Below the pieces are notes generated by a model. It had not been told where the DNA came from, made no database searches, and saw nothing but the letters and a program-made list of their open reading frames with translations. Positions 9,245 through 18,651 of a DNA stretch of 64,000 nucleotides are shown here, in pieces (positions within the stretch are counted from its first letter, which is position 1; every line of letters begins with the position of its first letter). The DNA comes from Deltaproteobacteria bacterium. Its GTDB lineage: Bacteria > UBA10199 > JACPAL01. The DNA is taken from positions 290,565 through 354,564 of the forward strand of contig JACPAK010000001.1 in assembly GCA_016180845.1 (NCBI GenBank), in the 5' to 3' direction. A program made the position numbers and the translations under genes.

Positions 9245-11162
9245 CGACCCTCCCGTAGAAACTCCTGCCCGGCAGCGAAAACCCAACCACATCCGAGATC
9301 CGATCATTCAAGAGATTCTTCGCATCGAAACCGGTCGTGATCCTCTTCGTCGGTGTCCAGGAGATTCCAACCCCCCAGAGGACCCGATTATCGACCCTCA
9401 CAAGATTCTGCGTATCGAGGAAGTTGTCGTCGATATACTCAAGGCTGCTGTATATTTTCCCAAAACGATTGAAGAGGGAGAGTTTTGAATTCGCTTCATG
9501 CCGGGGCCTCCCCGGAAGAAATTTCCCGTCACTCCCTGGAAGACCGCTCGTATCCTTGGGCCATTGAAAGGTATAGTTATTGGAAATTTCCAAAAAAGAG
9601 GTCAGAGGAATCGCGAGCGTCGTTTCCACCCCTTGAACCCGGGCCGATCTCAAATTCTGGGCCTGTGCCGTAAATTGTGAGGTCTGAAGAACCTGGATCA
9701 GATCCTTCAGGTGATTCAGGTAATAGGTCGATTCCAGGGAAAAGAAATCGGTCTTCGCCAAAAATCCGGCATCCCAATTCCACCCCTGCTCAGGTGAGAG
9801 CGTCGGATTCCCGATTAACGATCCTCGATCCCCAAAAAGCTCCGAAAAACTGGCGACCCGATAGGCCCTGGCGAAACTGCTGCGCAAACTGAAGCGTTGA
9901 TCCGGAATCCAACGGGCCCCCAATTTCCCACTGACCGGATGGACGGAAGACTCGGCGGTCGAAAAGTCGCTCACGACATGTTCCGATCGGAGAGAGGGGT
10001 TTAAAATAATCTTGTCCTCGAATAAAACAATCTCGTCTTCCAGACCAACAGCGATCTGGTTACGGATCGATTTCGAATTGTCAGGAGGAGAGATAAAATC
10101 GTCCGGCAGGAACTGCTCCCCCCGATAGTTGGCCGAAAATGTAAAACGTTGAGTGGTCCCTAAAAGAAAAAAGGCGGCGGAATCGGCACCATAGGAAAAG
10201 GTGTCGTTGTCATTGTCCTGAGACCCAAGCCCAATCTCCCCCTCGAGATCGGTAAATTGCTGCTTCTGAAAGGTGAAAAAGGGAGACAGGTTCAAATTTT
10301 TTCGAGACCAGTCGATCTTGGTTGCCGAGCGGGTGGTCGAGAGGTCAGCATTTTCCGAAATAAGAGACCCCAAACCCGGGACACCGCGATCTTCACGGAA
10401 AAAGATCTCTTGGAATTCGAATCTGGATTCCTTTTTCGACTCGGTCCCTGTCTTGAAAATCATCTGATGACGCTGAAATTCGTTGTTGGTCCGAACAAGC
10501 GTCTGATCATCATTCGGATTCAGTGGCGTCCCATTATCACTCTGAAAATCAAAATCTCCATCACTCCTCGAAAAATGATAATCAACGGCATAATGGGATT
10601 GATGAAACTGTTCTGATTGATGAAGCGACGTTTCCAGCGTGTTAAAAGAGCCGTAGGATCCCGAGAAACGTGTCGTTCTGTCCTGTGAGGCCTTTTTTGT
10701 CTGGATCAGGACAACCCCACCCATCGGACTCGTGCCGAGAAAAGAGGGGGCCGCCCCGCGATAGACCTCGATCCTCTCGATCTGATCGGTCGGGATCGCC
10801 GCGAGGTTCACCCCACCTCCCTCGGCAGAGTTCAAGAGGACCCCGTCGAGATACACAGCGACCTGCTCGGAGGTCGATCCTCGAAGTGAAACTGTCGCAA
10901 AGTCATCGAGTCCCCCATACCGCCGGATCTGAACGCCGGCAGTCTCCGACAAGACCTCCGCGAGAGAGCTTTTCTTCTGTTCGAAATCTTTTCTCTCAAT
11001 GACTGTCGCGGACAAGGAAGAGTCTCGCCCTCCCCCTGGCCGGATCGGTGTGGAGGGGGTCACAAGGATCTCCCCTAATGAGGCCTCACCTGCAAAAGAG
11101 GTGCGGGCAACACAGAGACAAAGCAGGAGAAGGGAAGCCTTCCTATCTATAAGGAACGGCAT
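9231..11162 (-). CDS. TonB-dependent outer-membrane receptor
   Basis: Signal peptide, plug domain (DFATVSLRGSTSEQVAVYLDGV), long beta-barrel with terminal aromatic-rich strands; ORF-track start trimmed to Met preceding signal peptide. Confidence 0.8.
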   Translation of the reverse strand: MPFLIDRKASLLLLCLCVARTSFAGEASLGEILVTPSTPIRPGGGRDSSLSATVIERKDFEQKKSSLAEVLSETAGVQIRRYGGLDDFATVSLRGSTSEQVAVYLDGVLLNSAEGGGVNLAAIPTDQIERIEVYRGAAPSFLGTSPMGGVVLIQTKKASQDRTTRFSGSYGSFNTLETSLHQSEQFHQSHYAVDYHFSRSDGDFDFQSDNGTPLNPNDDQTLVRTNNEFQRHQMIFKTGTESKKESRFEFQEIFFREDRGVPGLGSLISENADLSTTRSATKIDWSRKNLNLSPFFTFQKQQFTDLEGEIGLGSQDNDNDTFSYGADSAAFFLLGTTQRFTFSANYRGEQFLPDDFISPPDNSKSIRNQIAVGLEDEIVLFEDKIILNPSLRSEHVVSDFSTAESSVHPVSGKLGARWIPDQRFSLRSSFARAYRVASFSELFGDRGSLIGNPTLSPEQGWNWDAGFLAKTDFFSLESTYYLNHLKDLIQVLQTSQFTAQAQNLRSARVQGVETTLAIPLTSFLEISNNYTFQWPKDTSGLPGSDGKFLPGRPRHEANSKLSLFNRFGKIYSSLEYIDDNFLDTQNLVRVDNRVLWGVGISWTPTKRITTGFDAKNLLNDRISDVVGFSLPGRSFYGRVDVSI

Positions 11163-12399
11163 CGATCGGTGCCAATCCTCCCTCAAGGAGATAAGGACCA
11201 TCTTGGTCTTCTCCATCGGCACTGGAGAGCCAAATCCCAGGTGTCTCCGGATCCTGATCGGCGATCGCCAATCGACTGTTAGTTGGATCGGTTGCCTCAA
11301 TCCATCGAACCATCGGGATCCAGTAACCATTGCTACCGAAGATAGCTACCGCCTCTCCCAACAGGTCAGCTCCGACACGAACAACCGATGGTGGTGTAAA
11401 TCCGGCTGTTGTAAAAACATAACCACCACCGACTGCCAATGGCCCCGGTGTCCCACCGAGCGTCTCGTCGTTGATCATCCGAATCAAACGTCGCCTTTCT
11501 TCGGGACTGGAAGAAGCCATTATCGAAGCCATCATTTCACCGTAATTGAAAGAGACAATTCCACCACGTGTATCCGTTGTGTCATAGGTCCCGGCGCAGG
11601 AGGCGTAGAGGGTATCGTCGTCCTGCCTGTACGCCAGCGCCACCACGTTACTGCAAGGAAGCTCGATCGCTTCATCCTGAAGCTCGCCTGTCTCAGTATT
11701 CAGGACAACTAGTTTGGCTGGAGCGGTGTAGTTTGCCGAGTTCAAAAGGTCTGTTGGAAGATCTTGAACCCCGATGATCACGTAGAGACCGATCTCCAGA
11801 AGTGGCGATGGGCGTGGACGACGATCTCCATCATTGATTGTAAAACGGACCAGGTCATGCCAATCGACAGGGAGTCCGGTCATGATGTCATACTTGACCA
11901 CCTCACCCGTCTCATACTGAGAGACGTATGCAAACCCATCCTTGACAACTCCATCCTGGAGGTTCGCACCCGCCTCAACAGAGATTTCCGGGGAACAGAT
12001 CACTTCCTTTTCAGGGTCATAGCATTGAAAGGAATCTCTTGGGACCCGATTCCAAAACCACAGTTTTCGATCAAAGATACGAATCGCCGCATCATTATGG
12101 ACAGAGAGGTTGATCCTCGTCGCAGCAAAACTCGCAAGATTCAGGCTCCAGGCATCCCCATTCACAAAATCACTCCCAATAACGCCGAGAGACGTTGGGG
12201 TTGTCTCTTCCGAAACACCAGCATCCGGCTGATCGATTCCATGATCCGCTCCTGCATCAGGTGGTGGATTAGAACCGGTCGGTGGTGTTACCCCTCCAGA
12301 AGGACCTGGTTGGTATTGATTATCGTCATCACTTAACAAACCACAAGCTGTGGTAAATGCGGCGACTCCTAAGGCAATTCCGAATTGAGCTCGGTTCAT
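11143..12399 (-). CDS. lipoprotein, beta-propeller-like, paralog family member 2
   Basis: Lipobox AAFTTACG, Pro/Gly-rich linker, conserved blocks shared with 8099..9244; AAGGAGGG RBS upstream of ATG. Confidence 0.55.
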   Translation of the reverse strand: MNRAQFGIALGVAAFTTACGLLSDDDNQYQPGPSGGVTPPTGSNPPPDAGADHGIDQPDAGVSEETTPTSLGVIGSDFVNGDAWSLNLASFAATRINLSVHNDAAIRIFDRKLWFWNRVPRDSFQCYDPEKEVICSPEISVEAGANLQDGVVKDGFAYVSQYETGEVVKYDIMTGLPVDWHDLVRFTINDGDRRPRPSPLLEIGLYVIIGVQDLPTDLLNSANYTAPAKLVVLNTETGELQDEAIELPCSNVVALAYRQDDDTLYASCAGTYDTTDTRGGIVSFNYGEMMASIMASSSPEERRRLIRMINDETLGGTPGPLAVGGGYVFTTAGFTPPSVVRVGADLLGEAVAIFGSNGYWIPMVRWIEATDPTNSRLAIADQDPETPGIWLSSADGEDQDGPYLLEGGLAPIDAVPYR

Positions 12400-12600
12400 G
12401 GCACCCTCCTTGTAATTAATTGGTAATGAATGAAATGTATTGAGACTGGCCTGAGCATTTCCTTCCTCCCGAAGGTTTTTTGCTTTTTTGTTACTCTTTA
12501 AGGCCAGTCTCCTGACTCGTGGGTCAATCTAACGGCGCCTTCCCATCCGCTTTCACAGACAGTGGCTTTTTTGCCGTCTCTTATCCCACTCACAGTGCCG

Positions 12601-12625
12601 GGGGGCGTGGCGGATTTGAACCGCC
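12601..12625 (-). other. tRNA 3'-end-like fragment (T-arm GGCGG-TTCAAAT-CCGCC plus 7-nt acceptor strand), no complete tRNA
   Basis: Minus-strand reading GGCGGTTCAAATCCGCCACGCCCCC matches T-loop consensus; no matching 5' acceptor, D or anticodon arm found upstream. Confidence 0.3.
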
Positions 12626-12662
12626 TTCCTGATTAAGCCTCTCGCACCTTAAAGACCTATGG

Positions 12663-13178
12663 CTACTTAACTCCCTCCTCAGACATGTCAAGATCTATTG
12701 GATGACAATCCTTCAAATCCTCTCTTATTTTTTTTATTTCCTCGAGCATCCTTTTCTCCCTCTCAGCGCTCTGACGAATAAAATCCTGCTGTCTTTGCAA
12801 TAAAGTGTACTGGCTCACGGCATTATCACCAGCGAAGGAGGGGTAATTGATCCCCAAAAATTTAAGACCGGAGGCAATCCAGGGTTTTAAGAGGTTCGTA
12901 TAAAAGGGAAGAAACAGGTCCTCCGAAAATTGGTAAAAGATATTCAGAACCGATGCCCCCAGTATCGCACCCGTCACTACCGGATGTTTTTTATAAAACT
13001 CTCTGATGTTGCGAAACATTCGAAGGGAAGGAACTTTAAGGGATATCGCAAAAATCGACAGGGCAGCTATTTCGCTACCGATCAAAAGATAAGGGCCAGA
13101 ATTTATCTTACTTGAATAAAAATAGGAAAGATTCTGAACCTGCTCCGCGTCTCGATGATGATCGATTTGACGGATCAT
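12663..13178 (-). CDS. hypothetical protein (possible membrane segment)
   Basis: 171-aa ORF, no recognisable motif. Confidence 0.35.
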   Translation of the reverse strand: MIRQIDHHRDAEQVQNLSYFYSSKINSGPYLLIGSEIAALSIFAISLKVPSLRMFRNIREFYKKHPVVTGAILGASVLNIFYQFSEDLFLPFYTNLLKPWIASGLKFLGINYPSFAGDNAVSQYTLLQRQQDFIRQSAEREKRMLEEIKKIREDLKDCHPIDLDMSEEGVK

Positions 13179-13193
13179 TCCCCCACACCACTC

Positions 13194-13424
13194 TTAGGTG
13201 AAGGGGCCTACCCTGTCAATGATTCGCTTTATCTTGCCCTTGATCGCCGCCTCTTGAGTGATTTCCTCGGGACCACCGTAGATTTCCTTTATCTTTGTGA
13301 TCAGACGGTCATATTCACCGTCAATCTCCTCAAGATCGACGTCGGTCAGTTTGGGCCACTCCTGTTTCAGGAATTTTTTGACCTCTTCCCAGTGCTCCTG
13401 CATCCGATTGGGGGTTGTTTTCAT
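13194..13424 (-). CDS. CsbD-family stress protein
   Basis: W-x-KLTD-x-DL-x-GK-x-IKE-x-YG pattern typical of CsbD/UPF0337. Confidence 0.6.
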   Translation of the reverse strand: MKTTPNRMQEHWEEVKKFLKQEWPKLTDVDLEEIDGEYDRLITKIKEIYGGPEEITQEAAIKGKIKRIIDRVGPFT

Positions 13425-13867
13425 CAGGGAGAAACTTTGATCGGATATTTTTTCTTGTCAATGACAAGATAGTACTGACCACTCTTCGGATCCTGTTGAA
13501 TCGATTTCGCCAACTCAAGATACGATTTTCGATTGAACCGTGCCGAGAACCTTCCCTCTCGAACCTTGCAATAAAGAACATTCTTCTTCCCAACCCAGAG
13601 GGTCGTCGGATCAAGCGCTTCCTGATACCCACCGGGGAAAATCAGGAAGGGTAAATCAATCTCCTGAACAACATACGGAATATCCTGACAGGAGATGATA
13701 CACTCCTCCCCTTGGCAGAGGACCCGAAATTTTCCGCCGGAATAGGGTTCGAGATTTTTGAGAAAAAAGGCAATTAGGTCAGGGTCATCAAATGGAACCT
13801 TGTCATGCCAGACGACCCCCTCATCGTCGATGGTGTAGTACCAGATCCGTTTTTGTGGTGGCGTCAA
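13424..13867 (-). CDS. DUF1285-like protein
   Basis: DEGVVWHDKVP...DIPYVV resembles DUF1285 core; apparent TTG start directly after ferredoxin stop. Confidence 0.4.
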   Translation of the reverse strand: MTPPQKRIWYYTIDDEGVVWHDKVPFDDPDLIAFFLKNLEPYSGGKFRVLCQGEECIISCQDIPYVVQEIDLPFLIFPGGYQEALDPTTLWVGKKNVLYCKVREGRFSARFNRKSYLELAKSIQQDPKSGQYYLVIDKKKYPIKVSP

Positions 13868-13869
13868 GA

Positions 13870-14190
13870 CTATGGCTTGAGGTCGGGATTCGGATGTTTC
13901 TTTCGTGGCGCATCCTGTGATGGCCGAGGGGTGACCGGGGGGTTGTTTTTATACATCGGTGTGTACTCGGCATTCATCTTTGCCCACTCCGGTGCCTCAT
14001 CGACAGAGGCAACGATCGCCTCAACAGGACACTCAGGGAGACAGGCGCCGCAATCAATACAGATATCGGGGTCAATGACCATAAACGGTTCGCCTTTATA
14101 GTCACCGGGATAGATACAATTCACAGGGCAGACATCGACACAATCGGCGTATTGTTCCCCCAAGCATTCTTGATTGATTACATAGGGCAT
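13870..14190 (-). CDS. ferredoxin, 4Fe-4S (FdxA-type 7Fe ferredoxin)
   Basis: CxxCxxxCP and CxxCxxCxxxCP cluster motifs; AGGAGGAG RBS. Confidence 0.8.
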   Translation of the reverse strand: MPYVINQECLGEQYADCVDVCPVNCIYPGDYKGEPFMVIDPDICIDCGACLPECPVEAIVASVDEAPEWAKMNAEYTPMYKNNPPVTPRPSQDAPRKKHPNPDLKP

Positions 14191-14502
14191 TTTGCTCCTC
14201 CTGATTGTTTTTTCTTTAGGTCATCAATTTCTGGGCGTCAAGGAAGTGTTGAGGTCATGACAAGCAATCCGATTTTGTGGAGAGTTCCGAGAACCAGGAG
14301 ACCTGCGATCGGAATCAATTGTGTGGGGGGGGAACCCTGTAGATTTCACAGGGGAACTTCCCCGCTTGCCGGGGAAGATGTCCCGAAGGGACAGAAGGGG
14401 CGGATGGGGCCCGCCACGATTCATTGATGCAGGCGAGTTTTCGAGGAACTTGGAGCAATGTCGTCTTGCCAGCTACACAAAAACTTGTCATAAGCACGAC
14501 CT

Positions 14503-15531
14503 ATGCGCGCCATCCGAATCCACGAACATGGCGATCTCAGTGTCCTCCGAATCGACGAGATCCCTCAACCAACACCGAAAGAAAACGAGGTTCTTGTCAA
14601 AATCAAGGCGGTCGCGATGAACCACATGGACCTCTGGGTCCGACAAGGGATGCCCGGCGTGAAACTGCCGTTGCCAATTATTTTGGGATGCGAAGCGAGC
14701 GGGATCGTTGAGTCATCTGGATCCTCCGCAAAGAAATTCAAAAAGGGAGACGAAGTCGTCATTATCCCGAATCGAAGTTGTGGTGAGTGTCCTGCATGTC
14801 GCGAAGGGAATGATCATTTCTGCCCGCAATTTGGTCTCTACGGCGAGACAGAGGATGGGCTCGAGGTAGAATATAAGTCGGTGCCTGAAAAAAATCTGCT
14901 CTTGAAACCAAAAGCGCTTTCGTTCGAAGAGGCGGCAGCGATCCCGGTCACCTTCCTGACCGCCTGGCATATGCTTATTGATAAATGCCAGCTTCAAAAA
15001 GAGGAAACTGTCCTGGTCGTTGCAGCATCGAGTGGTGTCGGGTCCGCAGCGGTCCAGATCGCGAAACATTTTGGCGCCCAAGTGATCGCCACCGCCGGTT
15101 CGGAGGATAAAATCCAACATGCGAGGGAGCTTGGTGCCGATCATGTCATCAATCACACCACTCAAGATTTTTCAAAAGAGGTCAAAAAACTGACCAACGG
15201 CAAAGGGGTCGACATCGTCTTCGAGCATGTCGGGGCCGTGACCTGGGAAAAATCGATGCGATCTCTTGGGTTCAGGGGAAGGCTCGTCACCTGCGGGGCA
15301 ACGACAGGTCCCGAGGTAAAGATCAATCTCGTTCATCTCTTTATCAAACATCAGCGAATTCTCGGATCGACAATGGGGCCTTCTCGAGCCTTGTCAGATA
15401 TCTATCAGCTCGCCGCCGATAAAAAAATCCATCCGGTGATCGACCATACTTATTCTTTTGATCAGGTCAAAGAGGCCCATCGGCGACTCGAAGGGCGTGG
15501 GCAGTTTGGAAAAATTGTCCTTATCCCTTAA
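14503..15531 (+). CDS. NADPH:quinone oxidoreductase / Zn-dependent alcohol dehydrogenase family (MDR)
   Basis: MRAIRIHEHG...VLVKIKAVAMNHMDLW N-terminus, GxGxxG Rossmann, C-terminal RGQFGKIVLIP. Confidence 0.8.
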   Translation: MRAIRIHEHGDLSVLRIDEIPQPTPKENEVLVKIKAVAMNHMDLWVRQGMPGVKLPLPIILGCEASGIVESSGSSAKKFKKGDEVVIIPNRSCGECPACREGNDHFCPQFGLYGETEDGLEVEYKSVPEKNLLLKPKALSFEEAAAIPVTFLTAWHMLIDKCQLQKEETVLVVAASSGVGSAAVQIAKHFGAQVIATAGSEDKIQHARELGADHVINHTTQDFSKEVKKLTNGKGVDIVFEHVGAVTWEKSMRSLGFRGRLVTCGATTGPEVKINLVHLFIKHQRILGSTMGPSRALSDIYQLAADKKIHPVIDHTYSFDQVKEAHRRLEGRGQFGKIVLIP

Positions 15532-15779
15532 TCTTTCTTCTTGTCCGTTTTTTTCTCTGGTTCCTTCTTGACAGTCGTCTGACTTGCCGAACCTGACTTT
15601 ACCGAGGAATACCCATCCTTGTACCACCCGCCTCCTTTCAGTTGGAAGGTAGAGGCCTGAATCAATTTCTCCAACTTCCCCCCGCAGACAGGACATTTCT
15701 TCAGGGGAGGATCCGAAAACTTCTGGATCACCTCGTGTTCTTTCTGACAGGAGCGGCATTTGTAACTGTAGAGCGGCAT
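15528..15779 (-). CDS. FmdB-family zinc-ribbon protein
   Basis: MPLYSYKCxxC...CPxCG zinc ribbon typical of FmdB. Confidence 0.7.
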   Translation of the reverse strand: MPLYSYKCRSCQKEHEVIQKFSDPPLKKCPVCGGKLEKLIQASTFQLKGGGWYKDGYSSVKSGSASQTTVKKEPEKKTDKKKD

Positions 15780-15868
15780 GATTTTGTCCGTGGCGAATAT
15801 TCCTGATCATTCCAAAAAATTCAAGTCCCCAAAATTTATTCGCAACGAAGGGCCTGCGAAAGCCGATC

Positions 15869-16810
15869 ATGGGCCTGATGCGAGGCGACACCGCTCATTT
15901 TCAACGATACACCGACCTGCTTGTGGGACCAGGGCTTGCCTTTTATACGGAGCAGAGCGAAGGGGCTGTTGAGATTTTTGTTCATCCCCTCGATGAAGCG
16001 ACTGTCGTTACCCGCTACACCCCCAACCCCCCTCATACAGGACACCTCGACTTCACGATGACGAGGCGACGGGGGACATCACCGATTTTCATGCTTGCAC
16101 GGGTCTTGGGGGAGAATGGAACCGCCGTTTATGGCTACGAGGAGAGATTCCCGAGTGATCTCGGGGTCGACGCCCCTTATCAGGTAATCGGACGTCATTA
16201 TCAGGAGGGGACCTCTGTCCTTTGGAAGGGGGTGGTCCACTTCCCGATGAGTGCCCAGGCAGACGACCTCCCTCAAAGGGCCGTCATCGCCTATAATTTG
16301 ACGAGGGGACGTAGACCAGAGCTTGTTGCGATTGCTGAGCTTTTACAAAATGACCAGGTCGCTATCACCTGGCTTCTGGATGATATCCCTCGTGGGAATG
16401 CACCATTTCGGACACCGCTCCAGTATGAGCGTCGCTTAGAGGAGATGCTCCCTTTTTTTGAGATCCCTCGATTGAATATTGAATACCAGGGAGGTTCGTA
16501 CACGATAGCCAGACATCGCGTTTACCTGCCTCGATTCCCCAGAGGCGTGGATCGGTTGATTCACCAGCCGTGGCAGGCACTGTCGCATGGGCTTGAGACA
16601 TTTCATATGGTGGGAGATGGTGTCCCACGCGCCCTCTCTCTCGGGAAATCGGCACTACTTATTGCAAGTGGTTTGACGGTGTTTGCTTTTATACTTGGGG
16701 CGTCTCTTTTGGGAAATGGGTCATTGCAGAAAGGGTTATCAGAAAAAGCCCCCCGAGCACAACAGCCGGAAGACCAAATCGCCCGCGAAACCGGCCTTCA
16801 ACAAAGGTAA
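15869..16810 (+). CDS. hypothetical protein with C-terminal TM segment
   Basis: 313-aa ORF; 3' end overlaps convergent ORF 16689..17273 by about 120 nt, so one of the two ends is uncertain. Confidence 0.35.
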   Translation: MGLMRGDTAHFQRYTDLLVGPGLAFYTEQSEGAVEIFVHPLDEATVVTRYTPNPPHTGHLDFTMTRRRGTSPIFMLARVLGENGTAVYGYEERFPSDLGVDAPYQVIGRHYQEGTSVLWKGVVHFPMSAQADDLPQRAVIAYNLTRGRRPELVAIAELLQNDQVAITWLLDDIPRGNAPFRTPLQYERRLEEMLPFFEIPRLNIEYQGGSYTIARHRVYLPRFPRGVDRLIHQPWQALSHGLETFHMVGDGVPRALSLGKSALLIASGLTVFAFILGASLLGNGSLQKGLSEKAPRAQQPEDQIARETGLQQR

Positions 16811-17273
16811 AGATCGACTCGACGAGACCACTCGCAGAGGGCATCCTTTCGACTCGTCCCTCAACAATCTCAGCACCGTTATTCCGTAACGCCTCAAGAG
16901 AATAGTCGCGCATCGTGCGGAGCCATCGCCAGGTTTTGTCGAAGGAGGCGGTTTTGAGATTGGAGACAACATTGGCCTCGTGACCTGAAACCACCATCTT
17001 GAACCGATCACTAAGCCCATGGAGCTCTCCCAAAGCCATGTCAAATTCCGCCAAATCGGCACGGAGGGTCTCTCTCAACGGGGACTGGAATTTAACAGCC
17101 CCTAAGTAATACTGGGCATGGTGTGTGATTTTGGTCCCCCAAGCGACAAACTCGTCATGGGTATAGTCACAAGTTGACGTCAGTTTTTCCCAGACTCTCG
17201 ACCAGAAGAGAAGCGCGTCGGTATCATTTAATAGGGGCGGCAGATATACCGGTAGTGACATGACACTAGTCAT
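16689..17273 (-). CDS. hypothetical protein
   Basis: 194-aa ORF, no motif recognised. Confidence 0.3.
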   Translation of the reverse strand: MTSVMSLPVYLPPLLNDTDALLFWSRVWEKLTSTCDYTHDEFVAWGTKITHHAQYYLGAVKFQSPLRETLRADLAEFDMALGELHGLSDRFKMVVSGHEANVVSNLKTASFDKTWRWLRTMRDYSLEALRNNGAEIVEGRVERMPSASGLVESIFTFVEGRFRGRFGLPAVVLGGLFLITLSAMTHFPKETPQV

Positions 17274-17304
17274 TTCGACGAGGTGTGATAACAGTTGCTG
17301 GAAA

Positions 17305-18195
17305 TCACCTCTTTGCGAAGCGACCGATCTTTAAATAGAAGCCGAGGTTGGCGTTTTTGTTCAAGACAGGGTCAATCCTCCCCTCACGTGAGGTCAGGAT
17401 CGTCTGGACCCCAGGGCCATGACCGGCAAGGTGGGAATTTCCATGGACCACCACCGCAATCGAAATCGCCCCTTTTTTATACGACCAACCAAAGGTCGAT
17501 TCGTGATCGATGATCGCGACGAAATCACCGAAGCGCAAATTTTCGAGATGGTATTTCTTGAGAACGGATGGATCACTCGTCTGGATATCATAGTCTCCCT
17601 TGAACGAATCATTATGCCCAAGGCCCGAACCCATCAGTTCGGCAGGGACACAAGCAACGACCGGAACCATCAGTGATTTTCCTTTGGCCTTGATCGGAAT
17701 CTTTTTCAAAAGTCTGGGATCGAGCCCCGTGATCGTAATCTCCGCGTAATCGAGGAGCTTGAGCCCTTGTCCGACACCACGAATCAAAATCTTATCGTCA
17801 TACGAAAGCTTTTCGAGAATGTTGTTTGGGAAATCGATCAGGACATGCTCGACACCGCCATGATGACCGGTCACAGTCCCTTTTTTCCCTTTGGCAGAAC
17901 CAGAAAGAATCGTTGCCTCATTACCGATACAACTAAAGGCATTGAAGCTTAAATTTGGATTCGAGGTCCTCTTATCATTGAAACCGCCTCCGATACAGGA
18001 GACCCCCGGTTCAATGTGATCCGCCTCGAACCCGAAGACCGAATCACCGATTCGAACATTATACGTAATGCCACCGACCGATGGGAAAACCTTCCCTTCT
18101 CCTCGACGTGTCACCTCCCATCCGAAGCAAAGCGGCGGGATGATCGAGCCCTGGAGGGCGAAATGGACGAGTTGGGATTCGTTGGTGCGGAGCAT
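17305..18195 (-). CDS. conserved hypothetical protein (DUF4438-like?)
   Basis: 296 aa; GGITYNVRIGD...GWEADH...HGNSHLAGHGPGV resembles DUF4438 from memory. Confidence 0.4.
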   Translation of the reverse strand: MLRTNESQLVHFALQGSIIPPLCFGWEVTRRGEGKVFPSVGGITYNVRIGDSVFGFEADHIEPGVSCIGGGFNDKRTSNPNLSFNAFSCIGNEATILSGSAKGKKGTVTGHHGGVEHVLIDFPNNILEKLSYDDKILIRGVGQGLKLLDYAEITITGLDPRLLKKIPIKAKGKSLMVPVVACVPAELMGSGLGHNDSFKGDYDIQTSDPSVLKKYHLENLRFGDFVAIIDHESTFGWSYKKGAISIAVVVHGNSHLAGHGPGVQTILTSREGRIDPVLNKNANLGFYLKIGRFAKR

Positions 18196-18240
18196 AGGCG
18201 CCCTTAAATCACTTTTTTAACTATTTGACAAGGAAAGGGA

Positions 18241-18271
18241 TGACCAGTTGGTACCTGGCACCTTTTGGTCC
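18241..18271. repeat. REP-like palindromic repeat, copy A (TGACCAGTTGGTACCTGGCACCTTTTGGTCC)
   Basis: Identical 30-mer to copy C; inverted-repeat arms around GGTACC core; overlaps vapC stop. Confidence 0.7.
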
Positions 18272-18651
18272 TATGCAGAGAACAGACGAATCTTGGGAAG
18301 TTGATTGAAGACCTTATCCAACGACCAGAGCGATATTTTCTTTGCAAAAGAGTGGGTTGCAATGAGACAATCAACAGTCGTCAGAGTAATACCTTTTTCC
18401 CGACACTCCAGATAGTAAACTGGCGCTGCATCCCAGATTTCACTTGTTATCAGATCAACAGGAATTGGATCCAGAAGCCCAGTCAGCTTCTTCTGATGAG
18501 CCTTGTCTTTTGCTCCCTGAAGGAGTTCTGTCCGAATCAGCGGGTTGATAACCGCTTCTCCCGCCTCCACGATGACTGAAAGCTTGTTCATCAGATCAGG
18601 ATGGTGGCCCCTCCAGGCGGCAATCCAGACACTTGAATCAACCAAGATCAC
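18271..18651 (-). CDS. vapC: PIN-domain toxin VapC
   Basis: MILVDSSVWIA...PIN fold acidic residues; 14-nt overlap with upstream vapB. Confidence 0.8.
   Translation of the reverse strand: MILVDSSVWIAAWRGHHPDLMNKLSVIVEAGEAVINPLIRTELLQGAKDKAHQKKLTGLLDPIPVDLITSEIWDAAPVYYLECREKGITLTTVDCLIATHSFAKKISLWSLDKVFNQLPKIRLFSA

Noticed and set aside
12400-12700. Complete tRNA or tmRNA on the minus strand around the T-arm-like motif
   Set aside because: A perfect T-arm and acceptor 3' strand are present, but no complementary 5' acceptor strand (GGGGCGT), D-arm or anticodon arm could be found within 90 nt or at tmRNA distance (about 350 nt). Reported only as a fragment.
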